A DNA stretch of 28,353 nucleotides from a virus (taxonomy: Duplodnaviria; Heunggongvirae; Uroviricota; Caudoviricetes). The notes under the pieces were generated by a model. It did not search any database. It was not told the DNA's origin and saw nothing but the letters and a program-made list of their open reading frames with translations. The stretch covers positions 1 through 28,353 of IMG/VR virus record IMGVR_UViG_3300035210_000102. The stretch is one strand, 5' to 3'. Shown in pieces: positions 1 to 7,781 of this stretch (within the stretch, counting starts at the first letter, position 1; each line of letters begins with the position of its first letter). The translations under genes and the position numbers were made by a program.

Positions 1-44
1 TGGTAATTGCAGCCGGTCCATTTTTCGTTTCAGGCCGCGGGCAC

Positions 45-80
45 AAAAAAAAAGACCCGCAAGCCGCTGCGGGTCTTTTT
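45..80. terminator. Bidirectional intrinsic terminator, ends the leftward recombination operon
   Basis: AAAAAGACCCGCA-agccgc-TGCGGGTCTTTTT inverted repeat; 9-nt U tract on the minus strand, 5-nt on the plus strand. Confidence 0.85.
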
Positions 81-168
81 CGATCAGGAAGGCCGCTCCC
101 TGGATCAGTGTGCACAGTCCTCCGCCTAGTGAAAGAAGTCAAGGCTTCAGGGCAGGGGAGGGGGGGGG

Positions 169-453
169 TTAGTTCTTCGTCCGCCGGGCTGCGCGCCCTT
201 GCTCCATCGCAACCAGACCTTTCCAGGCCGCTGTGACACCTTCCTGGCAATGTTCCAGACACGGCTCAGCGTCGGTTACCTGACTGTAGCGCACGGCGGC
301 AGTGTAGAGGGCCAGCTGAACGACGGCCGGGTCCTTAATTTCCTGCACGAATGCCAGGAGGACATTTGCAATCCCCAAGGTCTTGACGACCATCGCGTCA
401 AACTCGGCGTCCCCGATCTTTCCCGGGCCGCTGTCGGCGGGCGTGTCGTTCAC
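169..453 (-). CDS. Hypothetical phage protein (94 aa)
   Basis: ATGA overlap with the upstream gene at 450-453; last gene before the terminator. Confidence 0.7.
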   Translation of the reverse strand: MNDTPADSGPGKIGDAEFDAMVVKTLGIANVLLAFVQEIKDPAVVQLALYTAAVRYSQVTDAEPCLEHCQEGVTAAWKGLVAMEQGRAARRTKN

Positions 454-728
454 TGCCGCACCGTCGTACTTTTAGCCAACATCTCCAGGTGGGCATCGTA
501 GGCCTTTGCGCAACCGCTGAGAAAAGCTGCCTTATTGGGGGCGCGCGCCGTCTCCACATAAACGAAGGTGAGGGCGTCGGTGAGGGCGTCGGCGAGCTCG
601 TCCACCGGGACGATGTGGCGGATATCGCAAAAGCTTCGCGAAAGGTCGGTGACGCGCTCTTTGCCTGTCCGCTCATGGGACAGATTGACTTTTGCAATCA
701 GCGCGCCCTGGTTCGTTATCGTTGTCAT
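450..728 (-). CDS. Hypothetical phage protein (92 aa)
   Basis: Co-oriented with the operon and coupled to the downstream gene. Confidence 0.65.
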   Translation of the reverse strand: MTTITNQGALIAKVNLSHERTGKERVTDLSRSFCDIRHIVPVDELADALTDALTFVYVETARAPNKAAFLSGCAKAYDAHLEMLAKSTTVRQ

Positions 729-780
729 TGTCGGCCCCCCACGGCGACGGTGAATCCCGGTTTGCCGGGCGTTGATTTTG

Positions 781-870
781 TCAGTAAGAATCGTGTTCGC
801 GCTTGTCCGTGTATTCCCTCACGTCACCCAGAACCCAGACCCGGACGTATTCTAAAATGCGGCTGATCAT
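781..870 (-). CDS. Possible 29-aa micro-ORF (MISRILEYVRVWVLGDVREYTDKREHDSY)
   Basis: Its ATG overlaps the TGA of the resolvase gene (ATGA at 867-870). Confidence 0.35.
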   Translation of the reverse strand: MISRILEYVRVWVLGDVREYTDKREHDSY

Positions 871-1193
871 GCTGTGCTCCCAACAGAGATGAGTTTCGCA
901 AAGTCTTCGAGACGCAAGACAACGAGTGTGGGCTTTCGATCGGCCCCTACAAACAAGCCGTAAACGGGCTCTATCCATTCGTAAAGTTGCTTGAAGCCAA
1001 TCGCGCGCTTTTTGCACTCGAATAGCTTCGCCGTCGCTTGCACTTTCGCGCGGATATCCCCTTTGAACGACCCGCCACACGCGCCGGACAACGGTATCTT
1101 TTCGGCCTCGGCCGCGCCCTCGGTAAGGTCGTTCAATTTGTGGACGATGGAAAGCTCGTAGCGAGCCCCCTTGTCGCGCTGCATTTTACCCAT
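867..1193 (-). CDS. Holliday junction resolvase-like PD-(D/E)xK nuclease (Hjc type)
   Basis: MGKMQRDKGARYE...GDI...FECKK...DRKPTLVVLRLEDF matches the phage Hjc-like pattern (E, D, ExK). Confidence 0.75.
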   Translation of the reverse strand: MGKMQRDKGARYELSIVHKLNDLTEGAAEAEKIPLSGACGGSFKGDIRAKVQATAKLFECKKRAIGFKQLYEWIEPVYGLFVGADRKPTLVVLRLEDFAKLISVGSTA

Positions 1194-1438
1194 TACTCAC
1201 TCCAACCCATATCGCGGTCCAGCTTCTCGTGCGCTTCGCGCCGCTCTTCGCGCGCCATCGCATTCGCCTCGCGCTGGCATTCCGTCTGGCCGCAATTGTC
1301 GCTGGGGTCGTAATCGCGATAGCGGCCGAGCTCCTTGCCACAGCCGCAGCAATGCCGCAGGGGCCATTCGAGCTTGCTCTTGAGCTTTGGGGGCGCGGGC
1401 CAGGGGTCGATAGGTTCGTCCATTACTGACATTGTCAT
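1193..1438 (-). CDS. Small zinc-finger-like hypothetical protein
   Basis: CCGCGKEL...CGQTEC motifs; ATGA overlap with the exonuclease stop. Confidence 0.6.
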   Translation of the reverse strand: MTMSVMDEPIDPWPAPPKLKSKLEWPLRHCCGCGKELGRYRDYDPSDNCGQTECQREANAMAREERREAHEKLDRDMGWSE

Positions 1439-2130
1439 GCTCCAGTGGGTGAGGCGGCAAGCTGGGCGTTGGCCGCCGCCCCATAAGCCATAAGTGCGGC
1501 AAGCCGTTTCTCCACCTCGGCGAGAAATTCGCGGGCGAGGGCCTCCAGCTTTTTGATCCGGTTTTCATCGCGAAAGACGCGCACGATAAGCAGCTGCAGG
1601 TTTTTCGGCAGGCGCGGGTCATAGCTGACAAAGTCGCACCATGCGCGCCCAGTGCAGCCCAGCTGCCATTGAATCTGGGTCATGTACATTTCCGGCACAT
1701 ATGCCGGTTTGATGAGATGCTCGTTGATGTACTCGACATGCGTGGTCGAGTTCGGCCCTTTGAACTCAACGAGGCCATCATCGCCTACAAGGCCATCAGG
1801 TGAGGCGTGGGCGTTCTTGATGGTCGGATGCGGCACAAGACCGACGAGCTTGACCTCGATACCCTTGCGGGCTTCGTAGGCCTCACGGGCGGCCGGCTCG
1901 ACCTCGATGCCGTGCAACATCGGTTTGCTGGTGTAATTGGCTTGCGTCTCGTTTGTTAGCCGCTCAACGACCATCCGCAGCGCCAGGGCTTTCCGGGTCG
2001 CCTTCCAGCCGGTTTTCGTGCGCGCCGTGGCGGCGTAGATATCGGAAGAGCCGAGCGAGCCGCAGCGCGCCTGATGCCACGCAAGCGAACGCTGCTCCAT
2101 AATGTTTTCGGCTGTGAATGGATTGACCAT
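1435..2130 (-). CDS. YqaJ / lambda-exonuclease family recombination exonuclease
   Basis: EQRSLAWHQARCGSLGSS, HGIEVEPAAREAY, ASPDGLVG, LVEFKGP, QIQWQLGCTGRAWCDFVSYDPRLP; start at 2130 or 2100. Confidence 0.92.
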   Translation of the reverse strand: MVNPFTAENIMEQRSLAWHQARCGSLGSSDIYAATARTKTGWKATRKALALRMVVERLTNETQANYTSKPMLHGIEVEPAAREAYEARKGIEVKLVGLVPHPTIKNAHASPDGLVGDDGLVEFKGPNSTTHVEYINEHLIKPAYVPEMYMTQIQWQLGCTGRAWCDFVSYDPRLPKNLQLLIVRVFRDENRIKKLEALAREFLAEVEKRLAALMAYGAAANAQLAASPTGA

Positions 2131-2134
2131 ACGC

Positions 2135-2374
2135 TCACTCGGGATACGCGACCGACAATACACCGCGAAAAATGCCGTCTCGCATGTCGGCGACAACTGG
2201 AAGATGATCGGGGAGATCGAAACCGTAAGTACGGGCCTTGGCCCTCATCATGCCGGTGAAGGCCGGGGGGAAGGACGCCAGCCGGAAGGGCTCTTCAGAG
2301 ACAGCGGCCAGCTCGTAAAACGCCGTATCGCTGAACGACAGCTCGATTTCCGCCACAAGGTGAAACCGCGCCAT
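2135..2374 (-). CDS. Hypothetical protein (79 aa)
   Basis: GGAGGG Shine-Dalgarno upstream of the ATG. Confidence 0.6.
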   Translation of the reverse strand: MARFHLVAEIELSFSDTAFYELAAVSEEPFRLASFPPAFTGMMRAKARTYGFDLPDHLPVVADMRDGIFRGVLSVAYPE

Positions 2375-2497
2375 GTTGCCCTCCCAGTATGCTCGCTGCG
2401 TTTAGAGTATGCGCGCTGCGTGCTGGGAGCAACAAAAAAGCAACGCAATCAGCGTACTGGCTGGATCGCGTTGCTTTGTAGATGAACGAATTGTGAA

Positions 2498-3265
2498 TTA
2501 CCTGTTGCGCTTAGGCAACCATAAAGCCCCGACAACTACGCCAATAAGGCGATCGCCGAAGCTGGGATCAAACTCGATATCCTCGTACTTGGTATTGAAC
2601 GCCCGCAACACCGTCGAAACGCCGCGATCCGCATTACGCACGCGGGAGAACTCGCGGATTACCGTCACGGGCGGCGAAAGCTCACGTTTTGACTTCTTCG
2701 GATCAGGCCGAGGCATTATAATAGCGACAACGACATCCTCGGGCTGGTAGTTGCGCACATCGTCCCCATTAGACGGGTCAACGAACACCCTGGCCCCCTC
2801 TTCATATGAAGGGCTTTCGCGCCGGGCCATCGCACGGTCGGGTACGCAAAGAAGGAAAAGGCGCGGGCCGAGTTGCTCGTCGCTGTCGATCGTGATCATT
2901 TGTGACGATAGGGGATAGCTGCCATTCGCGATCTCTATAAGCGCCGAATGATCACTCGCCAACCATAAGCTGAGTCGAATTGTGTTTTTGTTAACACATT
3001 CTTCTGGGCCGTGTGGCCCCACCCCCTCACCCCAAAGTATCCACTGGGCCGCGACGCCGGTTTTCTCTGCCAATTGTCTCGCACGTTTGGGCGAGATCGT
3101 GCGGGAGTGCTCCCCTTCCGTTTCCAGGCCGTAATATGTCGACCTTCCGATCCCCCACTCGTCGGCGGCCTCGGTGGGTGTATCGAATAGCAATGAACGA
3201 ACGTACCTGAGGCGCCCGTTCGGCGTCATCGGCATCCGCGTTTCATTTTCCTTAGTCATGAGCAT
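2498..3265 (-). CDS. CI-like repressor: XRE-type HTH plus degenerate S24-like C-terminal domain
   Basis: RLRYVR...TEAADEWGIGRSTYYGLE...LAEKTGVAAQWILWGEG HTH; C-terminus ends LRAFNTKYEDIEF...LIGVVVG. Confidence 0.8.
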   Translation of the reverse strand: MLMTKENETRMPMTPNGRLRYVRSLLFDTPTEAADEWGIGRSTYYGLETEGEHSRTISPKRARQLAEKTGVAAQWILWGEGVGPHGPEECVNKNTIRLSLWLASDHSALIEIANGSYPLSSQMITIDSDEQLGPRLFLLCVPDRAMARRESPSYEEGARVFVDPSNGDDVRNYQPEDVVVAIIMPRPDPKKSKRELSPPVTVIREFSRVRNADRGVSTVLRAFNTKYEDIEFDPSFGDRLIGVVVGALWLPKRNR

Positions 3266-3564
3266 CGTTTCCCGCTTTGCCCCTGCGGTTGGCGTTGACG
3301 TTCATCACGCAAATCGCGTACCGTATTGCAGTTAGAGTTATACACCCGGTCTGATTGTAATGCAATATTAACCAGCTCGCCGCCCTCCGAAAGGCAATTC
3401 AATTTTTCCCTCGCAGAAACAACGCACGCCGGGCGGTTTCATTCCCAGCATAGGGATAGATTCCGCACGAAGCAATATAGGTAGATATACCTATGCCGAG
3501 GGTGGAAAGTCAATATTTTGGGTGCGGCGACGCAAGGCGAAAAGATACCAAAGAAGGGTTTAGC
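3266..3564. promoter_or_regulatory. Divergent control region between the repressor and nrdJ, with candidate operators
   Basis: AT-richer interval; perfect 7-bp inverted repeat ATAGGTA-gata-TACCTAT at 3477-3494; no Cro-sized ORF recognised. Confidence 0.45.
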
Positions 3565-6051
3565 ATGCAAAAAGAATACAGAGACAGGCTGGAACTTGGT
3601 CAAGGCATTGATAATTCGGGATTATCCATTCCAATCCAGCACGCAATCTGGGTTAACAAATATCGGGCGGCATCCGATTTGCGTATTACCGACACGTGGG
3701 CGCGGGTTGCAAAAGCGCTGGCCGAGGCCGAAAAGCCCGAAGTGAGAAAGGTGTGGGAAGAGCGTTTTTACGCTGCCCTGGAAGATTTCCGCTTCATTAC
3801 GGCCGGGCGCACTCTGTCCGGCGCAGGCACCGGGCGCGCCGTCACCCTGCTCAATTGCTTTGTTATGGGCGACATCGAAGATTCGATGGGCGGCATTTTC
3901 CAGGGGCTGGCAGAATCAGCCACAACCTTACAGCGTGGCGGGGGCATCGGTCACGATTTCTCGACGCTTCGGCCAAAGGGCGCTCCTGTAAAGGGCGTGG
4001 GCGCGGACGCATCCGGTCCCGTCAGCTTCATGGATGTCTGGGACGCCATGTGCAAGACCATCATGTCGGCCGGCAACCGGCGCGGCGCGATGATGGGCAC
4101 CATGCGCTGCGACCACCCCGACATTGAAGCTTTCATCGAAGCGAAGAACGACCCAGCGCGGCTGCGCAACTTCAACCTGTCGGTGCTGGCCACGGATGCC
4201 TTCATGCAGGCGGTGAAGGAGGACAAGGAGTGGGCGCTCCATTTCGACGAAACCGTCTATAAGACGCTGCCAGCGCGGGACCTGTGGGCCAAGATCATGC
4301 GGAACGCCTACGCGATGGCGGAACCGGGCGTGATTTTTATCGACCGCTACAACGCCGTGAACAATATCGGGGCTATCGAAACCATCCGCTCAACTAATCC
4401 ATGTGGCGAGCAAGGGCTACCGCCCTACGGCGCGTGTTGCCTGGGCTCGATAAATCTGGCAGCTCTCGTGCGCCGGGCCTTCACCAAGACGGCCGGGATC
4501 GACCACAACGAACTTGTCGAGCTGGTCGAGGTTGCTGTCCGCATGCTCGACAACGTTATCGATGTCAGCAAATACCCGTTGTTTGCGCAGGCCAGCGAGG
4601 CGCGGAATAAGCGCCGCATCGGCCTGGGAGTGACTGGCCTTGCTAACGCGCTGGCGATGTGCGGGCTGCATTACGGCACTGAAGAGGCGCGCACCCAGGC
4701 CGCACGCTGGATGGAGCTGATTACCGATAACGCCTACAAGGCGTCGATCGCGCTGGCGGTCGAAAAGGGCGCATTCCCGCTGTTCGATTGGGCGACATAT
4801 GGCCGCCCGGGATCTGTGGCGAGCCGCTACGCCATCCCGAAAACCGGCATTCGCAACGCGCTTCTCACGTCGATCGCGCCCACCGGCACGATTTCTTTGG
4901 TTGCTGGGAATATCTCCAGCGGTATCGAGCCGGTCTTTGATCTCACGTTCAAGCGCACCGTGCTGCAGGCGGACGGGTCACGGACGACCACAGAGGTGCG
5001 CGATTACGCTTATGCGCAGTGGCTGGCAGCGGACGAGAAAAACGCGAAACGGCCCGACTTGCCGGGGTTTTTTGTCACCGCAAGCGAGCTTTCGCCGGAG
5101 CAGCATCTTCTGATGCAGGCCGCGTTGCAGCCGCACATTGATTCGTCCATCAGCAAGACGATCAACTGCGATGCGAATATGCCGTTCGAAACGTTCCAGG
5201 ACATCTATACGCAGGCTTACGAACTGGGATTGAAGGGCTGCACCGCGTTTCGCCCGAACGAAGTCACCGGCAGCATCCTAACCGCCAGCGATGATACGAA
5301 AGGTCAGGAGAAGCCCGCCGATACACGACAAAATGTAACAGGGAAGAGCCCTGCAAACGCCGAGGAATTGCCGACCGCCGAGGCGATCTTGGAAGCCGCC
5401 CGCAAGTTGGTGATGGACAAGCTGAAGAAGGCAGGGGAGGGTGAATGGCAGGTCGAGGTCGTTCCCCAGCTCGCGCCGCGCGAACAGGTACTCGACGGCA
5501 AGACTTACAAGCTGAAATGGCCGCTGATCGATCACGCGATTTACATCACGATCAACGATGTGTGGGTTATCGAGGCCGCCGGGCCGTCCGACTTGGCGCC
5601 CTATGGGCTCGTCTCCAGGCGGCGACCATTCGAGATTTTCATCAACTCGAAGCATCTCGACAGCTACCCGTGGACCGTGGCCGTCACGCGCATGGTAAGC
5701 GGCATCTTCCGCCGTGGCGGTGATGTCTCGTTCGTGGTGGAGGAACTGAAGGCAGTCTTTGACCCGCAGGGCGGCGCGTATGTGAACGGCAAGTACGTGC
5801 CGAGTCTCATCGCGGCGATCGGCGGCGTCATCGAGCAGCACCTTCTTGCGCTGGAACAAGACAACAGCGCGCCAGTCAGCCCGATGTCGGGCTGGGCCGC
5901 TACGGACGCCGCGCCAGTTGAGCAGGCAGCGGCAGGGCCAACCTTTGCCCCGCGGCCACAGGTCCTCTGCAAGAGATGCTTTTCGGCCAATGTGAAAAAG
6001 CAGGAAGGCTGCATCGTCTGCCGCGACTGCAATCATTCAGCCTGCTCATGA
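3565..6051 (+). CDS. nrdJ: Class II (adenosylcobalamin-dependent) ribonucleotide reductase
   Basis: TLLNCFV, GGGIGHDFSTLRPKG, TNPCGEQGLPPYGACCLGSINL, SIAPTGTISL, SISKTIN; C-terminal TSCPD-like domain and CxxC...CxxC ribbon. Start placed at MQKEY (3565); the frame is open from 3493. Confidence 0.95.
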   Translation: MQKEYRDRLELGQGIDNSGLSIPIQHAIWVNKYRAASDLRITDTWARVAKALAEAEKPEVRKVWEERFYAALEDFRFITAGRTLSGAGTGRAVTLLNCFVMGDIEDSMGGIFQGLAESATTLQRGGGIGHDFSTLRPKGAPVKGVGADASGPVSFMDVWDAMCKTIMSAGNRRGAMMGTMRCDHPDIEAFIEAKNDPARLRNFNLSVLATDAFMQAVKEDKEWALHFDETVYKTLPARDLWAKIMRNAYAMAEPGVIFIDRYNAVNNIGAIETIRSTNPCGEQGLPPYGACCLGSINLAALVRRAFTKTAGIDHNELVELVEVAVRMLDNVIDVSKYPLFAQASEARNKRRIGLGVTGLANALAMCGLHYGTEEARTQAARWMELITDNAYKASIALAVEKGAFPLFDWATYGRPGSVASRYAIPKTGIRNALLTSIAPTGTISLVAGNISSGIEPVFDLTFKRTVLQADGSRTTTEVRDYAYAQWLAADEKNAKRPDLPGFFVTASELSPEQHLLMQAALQPHIDSSISKTINCDANMPFETFQDIYTQAYELGLKGCTAFRPNEVTGSILTASDDTKGQEKPADTRQNVTGKSPANAEELPTAEAILEAARKLVMDKLKKAGEGEWQVEVVPQLAPREQVLDGKTYKLKWPLIDHAIYITINDVWVIEAAGPSDLAPYGLVSRRRPFEIFINSKHLDSYPWTVAVTRMVSGIFRRGGDVSFVVEELKAVFDPQGGAYVNGKYVPSLIAAIGGVIEQHLLALEQDNSAPVSPMSGWAATDAAPVEQAAAGPTFAPRPQVLCKRCFSANVKKQEGCIVCRDCNHSACS

Positions 6052-6575
6052 GAAAGCCGTCCGAAAAACTGAACGAGGAGGACGTCAACGCTGCCATTGA
6101 GGCGTGGCAGCGCGGCACGCCTATAGCTCAGATTAAGCAAATCACTCTGGGCTCTCTTTATAAACATCTGGGCAAACGCGGCATCACGCCAAACCGGAAG
6201 AGGCCGCGATTGTGCGCGTGGTGCCAGGGACAGATAAAAGGGTGGCGGGAAGTTTTCTGCTGCGACGAGCACAAGCAGCTTTCAATGGACGACGAGAAGG
6301 CGAAACGCATCGCCGCACTAATTCGTGCAGGCGCGTTTGAGCGGTGTTTAGGGTGTAGCGAATTCATCACTGACCCGGAAAAGAAAAAGTTTCACAATCG
6401 CGCGTGCCAGCGCGCTTTTGTGGAGAAACAACTGGCGAGCCGTATTACAATAGTGAGGCGCGACCTCGCCCTTGGCGCCACCCGTAGTGAAACTGCGCGG
6501 ACACTCGGCGTCTGCCTGTCTACGGTTATCTTATTGCGCAAGATTGCCCGGTCGGAGCTTGCGCGCGATGTCTAA
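6048..6575 (+). CDS. Putative DNA-binding protein (HTH, two Cys/His metal-binding motifs, HTH)
   Basis: ATGA overlap with the nrdJ stop; CAWC...FCCDEH and CLGC...FHNRAC; C-terminal GATRSETARTLGVCLSTV. Confidence 0.6.
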   Translation: MRKPSEKLNEEDVNAAIEAWQRGTPIAQIKQITLGSLYKHLGKRGITPNRKRPRLCAWCQGQIKGWREVFCCDEHKQLSMDDEKAKRIAALIRAGAFERCLGCSEFITDPEKKKFHNRACQRAFVEKQLASRITIVRRDLALGATRSETARTLGVCLSTVILLRKIARSELARDV

Positions 6576-6921
6576 CATCGAATTCGATTCGGCGCTGATG
6601 CCGCCGGAAGCGCCCGACATCCCCGAAATTCCAGTTCTCAGCCTTGCTGATCAGAAGGTGTTCCTTCTGCAGCAGGTTGAGGATGTCAATCAGACCTACG
6701 CGGTGAAGATCGCGCGAGGTCAAGCAACTATGGAGGACCTAGAAGAGCAGAAGCGCGGTTTGCTCGCCGTATTGAAGACCTTGGACGATGCGGACAATGG
6801 CATAGACATCCGACGTAGTTATTCGATCAGGAAGCCTGTGGTCGAGATTGCCCCGCGCCCGACGTTTCGGAAAGCGTCCAAGCAGATTGAAGCACCACCA
6901 CCACCCCACGACCTTGTGTAA
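6568..6921 (+). CDS. Hypothetical protein with coiled-coil character
   Basis: ATG at 6568 overlaps the end of the previous gene. Confidence 0.6.
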   Translation: MSNIEFDSALMPPEAPDIPEIPVLSLADQKVFLLQQVEDVNQTYAVKIARGQATMEDLEEQKRGLLAVLKTLDDADNGIDIRRSYSIRKPVVEIAPRPTFRKASKQIEAPPPPHDLV

Positions 6922-6942
6922 TGCGTAAAGGACTATGCCGTC

Positions 6943-7647
6943 ATGGCTATTTACTTGAAAGAACCGACATCGAATTTTGAAAACCCACCTGCAGGCCTAC
7001 ACCCGGCGGTCTGCTACAGACTGATCGACCAGGGCACCCAGGACTACCCCTATGAGGGAAAGCCGAAGGTCGGCCGCTACTGGACAGTCGCGTGGGAAAT
7101 CCTCGGCGACGAGAAGCAGAAGGACGGCAAGCCCTTCACGATCGGCAAGCGCTGGTTTACGAGCGGGCATGAGAAGGCGCGTATGCGCATCGATCTCGAA
7201 AGCTGGCGCGGGGCGAAGTTCGCCGCCGGGCAGATGGAAACCTTCGATATCGAGAAGATAGTCGGCGCTAAGTGCATGCTAAACGTCCAGGAATTCACGA
7301 AGGATGACGGCAGCACGGGCGCGAACATCAGCTCGATCGCCCCGGCCATGAAGGGCTTTGCGTTCCCGCAGCCGACCATCCCGCACGAGATATTCATCAT
7401 GATCGATGACAACGGCGGGCCGTCGAAGTGGTTCCTACCGCAAAAGCTCGAAGAATACTGCGGCGACAAGCTGCGTCAGCGGATTATGGAGTCGCCGGAA
7501 TATCAGCAGCTTACGGACTCGCGGGTAGCAGCGCCGGATGCCGTCAAGAAGGCGAATACGATGGCGGACGCGCGTGCAGCTCTACAGGCAGAGCAGGGCG
7601 CACAGTCCGGCTTGACGCCTGACCTGAAAGACGAACTCCCGTTTTAA
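6943..7647 (+). CDS. Phage replication protein, probable single-stranded DNA-binding protein
   Basis: FENPPAGLHPAVCYRLIDQGTQ, HEKARMRIDLESWRG, FDIEKIVGAKCMLNV; acidic aromatic tail DELPF typical of SSBs; directly upstream of the primase. Confidence 0.6.
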   Translation: MAIYLKEPTSNFENPPAGLHPAVCYRLIDQGTQDYPYEGKPKVGRYWTVAWEILGDEKQKDGKPFTIGKRWFTSGHEKARMRIDLESWRGAKFAAGQMETFDIEKIVGAKCMLNVQEFTKDDGSTGANISSIAPAMKGFAFPQPTIPHEIFIMIDDNGGPSKWFLPQKLEEYCGDKLRQRIMESPEYQQLTDSRVAAPDAVKKANTMADARAALQAEQGAQSGLTPDLKDELPF

Positions 7648-7729
7648 CCCGACTTGCACCCTACGTGTCCGCATGTAGGGTGCAAGCATATCGCAAGACT
7701 ATCCAAGGGGGAATAAGTATTAAAGACAG

Positions 7730-7756
7730 GCCGGGCACATTCCCGGCTATTTTTTT
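7730..7756 (+). terminator. Intrinsic terminator immediately upstream of the primase gene
   Basis: GCCGGG-cacatt-CCCGGC followed by TATTTTTTT. Confidence 0.7.
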
Positions 7757-7781
7757 CAGTAATGCGTAGAGGGTTTACAGT

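Noticed and set aside
155-168. G-rich run as a G-quadruplex or slippage site
   Set aside because: Short intergenic run without four regular G-tracts and outside any coding frame
567-596. 12-bp tandem repeat GGTGAGGGCGTC
   Set aside because: Only about 2.5 copies, encoding DALT-DALT in the minus-strand gene; no spacers, not CRISPR-like
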